Source: Candidatus Lustribacter sp. (GTDB lineage: Bacteria > Vulcanimicrobiota > Vulcanimicrobiia > Vulcanimicrobiales > Vulcanimicrobiaceae). From it: a stretch of 64,000 bases of DNA. The notes under the pieces were generated by a model. The model had not been told where the DNA came from. It ran no database searches and saw only the letters and a program-made list of their open reading frames with translations. The stretch covers positions 2,528,001-2,592,000 of the forward strand of contig OZ255842.1 of assembly GCA_965277805.1 (NCBI GenBank), read 5' to 3'. Shown here piece by piece: positions 59,278 through 64,000 of the stretch; the first letter of the stretch is position 1; the number at the start of each line of letters is the position of its first letter. The position numbers and the translations under genes are program-made.

Positions 59278-60819
59278 ATGTATCCATACACCTGGACGCC
59301 GCCGGCAACGCTACGGCCGCCGATGTGGCGGCTGCACGAAGATGCGATGCCGCACGAACACCTCAGCGACGAGGAAAAGGCCACGCTGACCGATGCGGTC
59401 TGGCGCCTCGACAACGTCGAGTTCACCACGGTCGGCATCGATGTCGGCAGCTCGACCTCACACCTGATGTTCTCCCGCGTGCACCTGCAGCGCCAAGCGC
59501 ACCAGCTCTCGAGCCGCTTCGTCGTCATCGAACGCAGCACGCTCTGGTCGTCGCCGATCCGGCTCACGCCGTTCCTCGATGACGACACGATCGACGCCGC
59601 GCAACTCGCAACGTTCATCGACGACGCCTATCGCAGCGCGGGCCTCTCCCGCGACGCCGTCGACACCGGCGCCGTCATCCTTACCGGCGAAGCCGTCAAG
59701 CGCAAAAATGCCGCGGCCATCGCGGCGCTGTTCGCAAGCGACGCCGGCAAGTTCGTCTGCGCGTCGGCCGGGCACCATATGGAGTGCGTGCTGGCCGCGC
59801 ACGGTTCGAGCGCGGCCGCGCTCTCGCAAAGCACCGGCAAGACCGTGCTCAACTGCGATATCGGCGGCGGAACGACGAAGCTCGGACTCTGCAGCGGCGG
59901 CCACGTGATCGCAACGTGCGCGTTCGCCGTCGGCGGGCGGCTGATCGCGTTCGACGAGACCCGCGCGGTCGCGCGGCTCGACGATCCGGCCGCGACGGCA
60001 GCACGCGCGTGCAACGTCGCGCTCGCCGTCGGCAAAGTTCCCGCGCCGGAAGACATCGCGGCGATCGTCGACGCGATGGCCCGCACGGTCGCCGGTTACA
60101 TCCGGCGCGACCCGCCGTCCGGGCTCGCAGGCGAACTGCTGCTCACGCAGCCGCTCACCGGATCGCTGCCCGAACTGCTAACGTTCTCGGGCGGGGTGTC
60201 GGAGTACATCTACGGCCGCGAATCGCGCACGTTCGGCGACGTCGCGCTGCCGCTGGCGCGCGCCGTGCGCACCGCCTGCGCGGAACTCCCGCTCGAACTC
60301 GTCGATCCGGGCGCGGGCATTCGCGCCACCGCCATCGGCGTCTCGCAATTCACGGTGCAGGTCAGCGGACGCACGATTTTCCTCGGCACCGTCGCGCTGC
60401 CGCTGCGCAACTTGCCGGTCGTCGCACCGCACCTGCACACCGGCGGTGACATTCATCCGGACATCGTTGCCAAGGCGATCGAGCTGGCGCGCGAACGGCT
60501 CGACGTCGAGCGCGGCGCCGCGCATGCGATCGCGGTGAGCTTTCGCGGCACGCCGAACTACGAACGGCTCACGGCGCTCGCCACCGGCATCGCCAAGAGC
60601 GTCCGCGATTCGGGCGGGGAACCGCTCGTGCTCATCATCGACGGCGACATCGGCCAGTCGCTGGGCCGGCTACTGCAACACGAACTGCACGTCGAACGCC
60701 CGCTGCTCTGCATCGATGCGCTCGAACTCGGCGAATTCGATTTCGTCGACATCGGCAAACCAGTCGAACTCGCACGCGGCGTCCCCGTGGTAGTAAAATC
60801 GCTGCTCTTCGGCCGTTAG
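59278..60819 (+). CDS. EutA-like ASKHA ATPase (ethanolamine ammonia-lyase reactivase homolog)
   Basis: VGIDVGSSTSHL, GAVILTGEA, FVCASAG, DIGGGTT, FSGGVSE, IRAT.IG.SQ, DFVDIG, PVVVKSLLF; start uncertain. Confidence 0.85.
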   Translation: MYPYTWTPPATLRPPMWRLHEDAMPHEHLSDEEKATLTDAVWRLDNVEFTTVGIDVGSSTSHLMFSRVHLQRQAHQLSSRFVVIERSTLWSSPIRLTPFLDDDTIDAAQLATFIDDAYRSAGLSRDAVDTGAVILTGEAVKRKNAAAIAALFASDAGKFVCASAGHHMECVLAAHGSSAAALSQSTGKTVLNCDIGGGTTKLGLCSGGHVIATCAFAVGGRLIAFDETRAVARLDDPAATAARACNVALAVGKVPAPEDIAAIVDAMARTVAGYIRRDPPSGLAGELLLTQPLTGSLPELLTFSGGVSEYIYGRESRTFGDVALPLARAVRTACAELPLELVDPGAGIRATAIGVSQFTVQVSGRTIFLGTVALPLRNLPVVAPHLHTGGDIHPDIVAKAIELARERLDVERGAAHAIAVSFRGTPNYERLTALATGIAKSVRDSGGEPLVLIIDGDIGQSLGRLLQHELHVERPLLCIDALELGEFDFVDIGKPVELARGVPVVVKSLLFGR

Positions 60820-60847
60820 CGGCGTTGAGAGACAACGGCCCCCCTCG

Positions 60848-60893
60848 CTGTCATCCCGAGCGAAGCGCCGCATGGCGCGAAGTCGAGGGACAG
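60848..60893. repeat. REP-like repeat, copy 4 (long form)
   Basis: CTGTCATCCCGAGC-GAAGCGCCGCATGGCGCGAA-GTCGAGGGACAG. Confidence 0.72.
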
Positions 60894-60920
60894 AGATAAC
60901 CAAGGGCCAACGCCAGGGCA

Positions 60921-62036
60921 ATGCCCCTCCATCGGCCCACGCAGCCAATGACCCGTCGCGCCGCAATCGCCGGCGCAAGCGCCGCACTTACCGCCGCTGC
61001 AATCCGGACGGCAGACGCGCAATCAGCAGCAATGACATCCCTGATCGCCGCGGCCAAGGCCGAAGGCAGCGTCGTGGTCGACGGTCCTCCGCTCGACTCA
61101 GTGCGCGAAGTGATCGGACCCGGCTTCCAACGCGCCTACGGCATCCCGGTGACGTACATCAGCGGCGGCGGCTCGGCCACGGCGGCTCGCGTGCGCGCCG
61201 AACGCGCCTCGGGCAAATATCTGCTCGACGTGTTCATCAGCGGCCCCGACACGCCCACGATCACGTTTCTGCCCAGCGGCTGGCTCGATAAGATCGAACC
61301 GGTGCTCGTCGCGCGCGACGTCGTCGACAAACGCAATTGGAAAGACGGGCACCTCTGGTATGAAGACGAGGGCCACACGATCTTGCGCGTGCTGCAGTAC
61401 GTGGTGCCCGAGCTCGCCGTCAACACGAAGTTCGTCCAGCCGAAACAGGTCGCGACGTGGAAGTCGCTGCTCGAACCGAAGTGGCAAGGCAAAATGGTGG
61501 CCAAGGATCCGGCGAGTTCGGGCGGTTCGGGCGCATCGCTGACCAGTTACTTCTATCTCGTCTTCGGCCCGGACTTCGTCAAGAAGCTCTACGTCGAGCA
61601 GAAGCCGATGCTCTCGCGCGACGCGCGTCAGGCGGCGCAGTGGCTGGCTGACGGATCGTATCCGATCCTGATCGGCCCCGACACGACCGCGATGGATCAA
61701 TTCGTCAAACTCGGCTATCCGCTGCAGCCGGTGTTCCCGACCGACGGGCCGAGCGTGCTGACCGGCGGCTGGGGGCTCATCGGCCTGCTCAACAAAGCGC
61801 AGCATCCGAATGCCGCGAAGCTGTTCATCAATTGGCTCGCGGGGCGTGAAGCGCAAACCGCGTATGCCAAAGCCACGCAATCGCTCAGCCTGCGCACCGA
61901 CATCCACTACGTCGACATGCCCGGCTACTTGTTTCCGCAGAAGGGGACGAAGTATATGGATACCTACGACTTCAAGTTCGTCACCGAACAGCGCGACCCG
62001 GCACTGGCCAAAGCGCGCGAGCTGCTCGGCGAGTGA
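60921..62036 (+). CDS. Tat-exported ABC substrate-binding protein (paralog 2)
   Basis: TRRAAI; close paralog of 55906-57027; alternative start at 60948. Confidence 0.88.
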   Translation: MPLHRPTQPMTRRAAIAGASAALTAAAIRTADAQSAAMTSLIAAAKAEGSVVVDGPPLDSVREVIGPGFQRAYGIPVTYISGGGSATAARVRAERASGKYLLDVFISGPDTPTITFLPSGWLDKIEPVLVARDVVDKRNWKDGHLWYEDEGHTILRVLQYVVPELAVNTKFVQPKQVATWKSLLEPKWQGKMVAKDPASSGGSGASLTSYFYLVFGPDFVKKLYVEQKPMLSRDARQAAQWLADGSYPILIGPDTTAMDQFVKLGYPLQPVFPTDGPSVLTGGWGLIGLLNKAQHPNAAKLFINWLAGREAQTAYAKATQSLSLRTDIHYVDMPGYLFPQKGTKYMDTYDFKFVTEQRDPALAKARELLGE

Positions 62037-63118
62037 AGCGCCGCGCGGCGATCGCGGGCGCGAGTGCGGCGCTGGTTGCAACAGCCGCAACGCCGGCGCA
62101 CGCACAATCGGCAGCGCTCGCTACGCTCGTGAGCGCGGCGCAAGCCGAAGGCAGCGTGGTCGTGGATGGGCCGCCGAACGACATCGCGCGCCAAGGGCTC
62201 TTGAGCGGCTTCCAGCGCGCATACGGCATTCCGATTTCGTACGTTACGAGCGGGTCTTCATCGTCCAGCGCGCGCATTCGCGCGGAGCGCGTCGCCGGCA
62301 AGTACGTGCTCGACGTCTTCTTGAGCGGCGCCGATGCCGCGTGCCTGACGTTTCTCCCCAGCGGCTGGCTCGATCGCATCGAACCGGTCCTCGTAGCGCC
62401 CGACGTACTGGACACTCGCAAGTGGCGCGACGGCCACCTTTGGTACCAAGACGACGCACACACCATTTTGCACGTGCTCTCAACCGTCGCGCCGGGGCTG
62501 GCCGTCAACACCAAGCTTCTGCGACGCGGCGAAGCCACGACGTGGAAGTCGCTGCTCGATCCGAAATGGCAAGGCAAAATCATCGCCAAGGATCCGCTGA
62601 CGTTGGGCGCCGGCTCGCAAATGCCGAGCTACTTCTTCCTGACGTTCGGGCCGGATTACGTGAAGACGCTCTACCAGACGCAGCAACCCGTGCTCTCACG
62701 CAACGCACGCCAGGCGATGCAGTGGTTAGCCGAAGGCAGCTACCCGATTCTGATCGGTCCGGACACATCCGAACTGATGGCGTTCAAGAAACTCGGCTAT
62801 CCCGTGGAGCCCGTGCTGCCCACGGACGGACCCAGCATCATCAACGCCGGTTGGGGACTCGTCTGCCTCATGAACAAAGCGCCCCATCCGAATGCGGCCA
62901 AGCTGTTCGTCAACTGGGTAGCCGGCCGCGCAGGCCAAACAATCTATGCTAACGCAACCCAATCGGCGAGTTTGCGGACCGACGTGACATACGACGGGCT
63001 GCCGGCGTATCTGTTCCCCCGGCGAGGCGCCAACTACATGGATACCTCCACGTTGAAATTCGTCACGGAACAGCATGAAGCGGCGATGAACAAAGTGCAA
63101 GAACTACTCGGAAAATAA
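62033..63118 (+). CDS. Tat-exported ABC substrate-binding protein (paralog 3)
   Basis: KRRAAI; GTGA overlap; same motifs as paralogs 1 and 2. Confidence 0.88.
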   Translation: MKRRAAIAGASAALVATAATPAHAQSAALATLVSAAQAEGSVVVDGPPNDIARQGLLSGFQRAYGIPISYVTSGSSSSSARIRAERVAGKYVLDVFLSGADAACLTFLPSGWLDRIEPVLVAPDVLDTRKWRDGHLWYQDDAHTILHVLSTVAPGLAVNTKLLRRGEATTWKSLLDPKWQGKIIAKDPLTLGAGSQMPSYFFLTFGPDYVKTLYQTQQPVLSRNARQAMQWLAEGSYPILIGPDTSELMAFKKLGYPVEPVLPTDGPSIINAGWGLVCLMNKAPHPNAAKLFVNWVAGRAGQTIYANATQSASLRTDVTYDGLPAYLFPRRGANYMDTSTLKFVTEQHEAAMNKVQELLGK

Positions 63119-63131
63119 AGGTACGGTAAAC

Positions 63132-63908
63132 GTGAGTCTTCTGGACGGCAAAACGATCCTCGTCACCGGCGTCGCCAATCGCTGGTCGATCGCCAGCGGC
63201 ATCGCGCGACGGTTGCACGCACACGGTGCACGCCTGATCCTGACCTATCAGGGCGAGCGGGTCGAGGATTCAGTCCGCAAGACCGCAGCCGAACTTGGCG
63301 GCGGTCCCGTGTTCGAAGCGGACGTCACCAACGACGCCTCGCTCGATGCGCTCGCAGCCTCGATCGGAAAGATCGACGGTATCGTGCATTCGATCGCTTT
63401 CGTGAAGAAAGAAGACCTCAGCGGCAAGGTGTACGACACCTCGCGCGATGGGTTCGCCATGGCGATGGACATCAGCTCGTACTCGCTGATCGCACTGGTC
63501 GGCCATCTCAAGGATAACCTCAACGACGGCGGCTCCATCATGGCGCTGACCTATCTCGGCGGTACGCAGATCGTGCCGAACTACAACGTCGCCGGCATCG
63601 CGAAGGCCGCGCTCGAATCGATCGTGCGCTACCTCGCCTTCGATCTCGGCGAACGCGGCATCCGCGTCAACGCGATCTCGGCCGGCCCGATTTCGACCGC
63701 GTCATCGCGTCAAGTCGCCGGCTTCTCGGCCATGCCCGCCAAGGTCGCGGCCGCCGCGCCGCTCAAGCGCACGATCACGGCCGACGACGTCGGCAACTGC
63801 GCGGTCTATCTTGCCAGCGATCTTTCGAGCCAGGTCACGGCCGACGTCCACTTCGTCGACGCCGGCTACCACGCGATGGGCATGTATCCGGAGGCACCGA
63901 AAGCCTGA
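63132..63908 (+). CDS. fabI: Enoyl-ACP reductase
   Basis: GVANRWSIA, HSIAF, ISSYSL, YNV..IAKAALE, VNAISAGPI. Confidence 0.93.
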   Translation: MSLLDGKTILVTGVANRWSIASGIARRLHAHGARLILTYQGERVEDSVRKTAAELGGGPVFEADVTNDASLDALAASIGKIDGIVHSIAFVKKEDLSGKVYDTSRDGFAMAMDISSYSLIALVGHLKDNLNDGGSIMALTYLGGTQIVPNYNVAGIAKAALESIVRYLAFDLGERGIRVNAISAGPISTASSRQVAGFSAMPAKVAAAAPLKRTITADDVGNCAVYLASDLSSQVTADVHFVDAGYHAMGMYPEAPKA

Positions 63909-63917
63909 GGCCTTCCC

Positions 63918-64000
63918 TCAGAAGCTTTCGTCGAACCGGACGTCACCCTCAACGCCGACGCGGTATGCGGATGAACGGCGCTCGAAGAAGTTCGTCAGTT
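63918..64000 (-). CDS. nrdB: 3' end of class I ribonucleotide reductase beta subunit (partial, runs off the window)
   Basis: Minus strand reads LTNFFERRSSAYRVGVEGDVRFDESF*, matching the NFFE..Y..F tail of NrdB/NrdF. Confidence 0.75.
   Translation of the reverse strand, partial: LTNFFERRSSAYRVGVEGDVRFDESF

Overview
High-GC (roughly 65%) bacterial chromosomal segment, almost fully coding, with no rRNA, tRNA, CRISPR array, transposase or integrase that I can recognise. Protein style and gene content suggest a soil Terrabacterium such as Ca. Eremiobacterota/Vulcanimicrobiota (inference only). Housekeeping blocks: dapD cluster, tkt-tal-zwf-opcA-pgl, clpC-SNF2, fabI and the 3' end of nrdB. Accessory blocks: TetR-HlyD-TolC efflux, two Liv-type ABC operons, a TRAP system, a BlaI/BlaR1-pentapeptide module, a two-component pair, and an aromatic-catabolism cluster containing a double cupin and an orphan EutA-like ATPase. 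The best candidate for an undescribed system is at 22.6-24.8 kb. Two paralogous ~185-190 nt structured non-coding RNAs each have their own sigma70-type promoter, a phased DnaA-box-like array, matching 5' hairpins, a covarying long-range pseudoknot, a 20-nt partly variable loop and a 13-bp 3' hairpin. They flank a secreted His-rich protein and sit next to an HTH-WYL regulator. Other notable items are an unannotated 46-aa CxGC microprotein with a shared BlaI-type operator, and an AT-rich recoded patch at the SNF2 Walker A motif. All RNA folds and alignments were done by eye.
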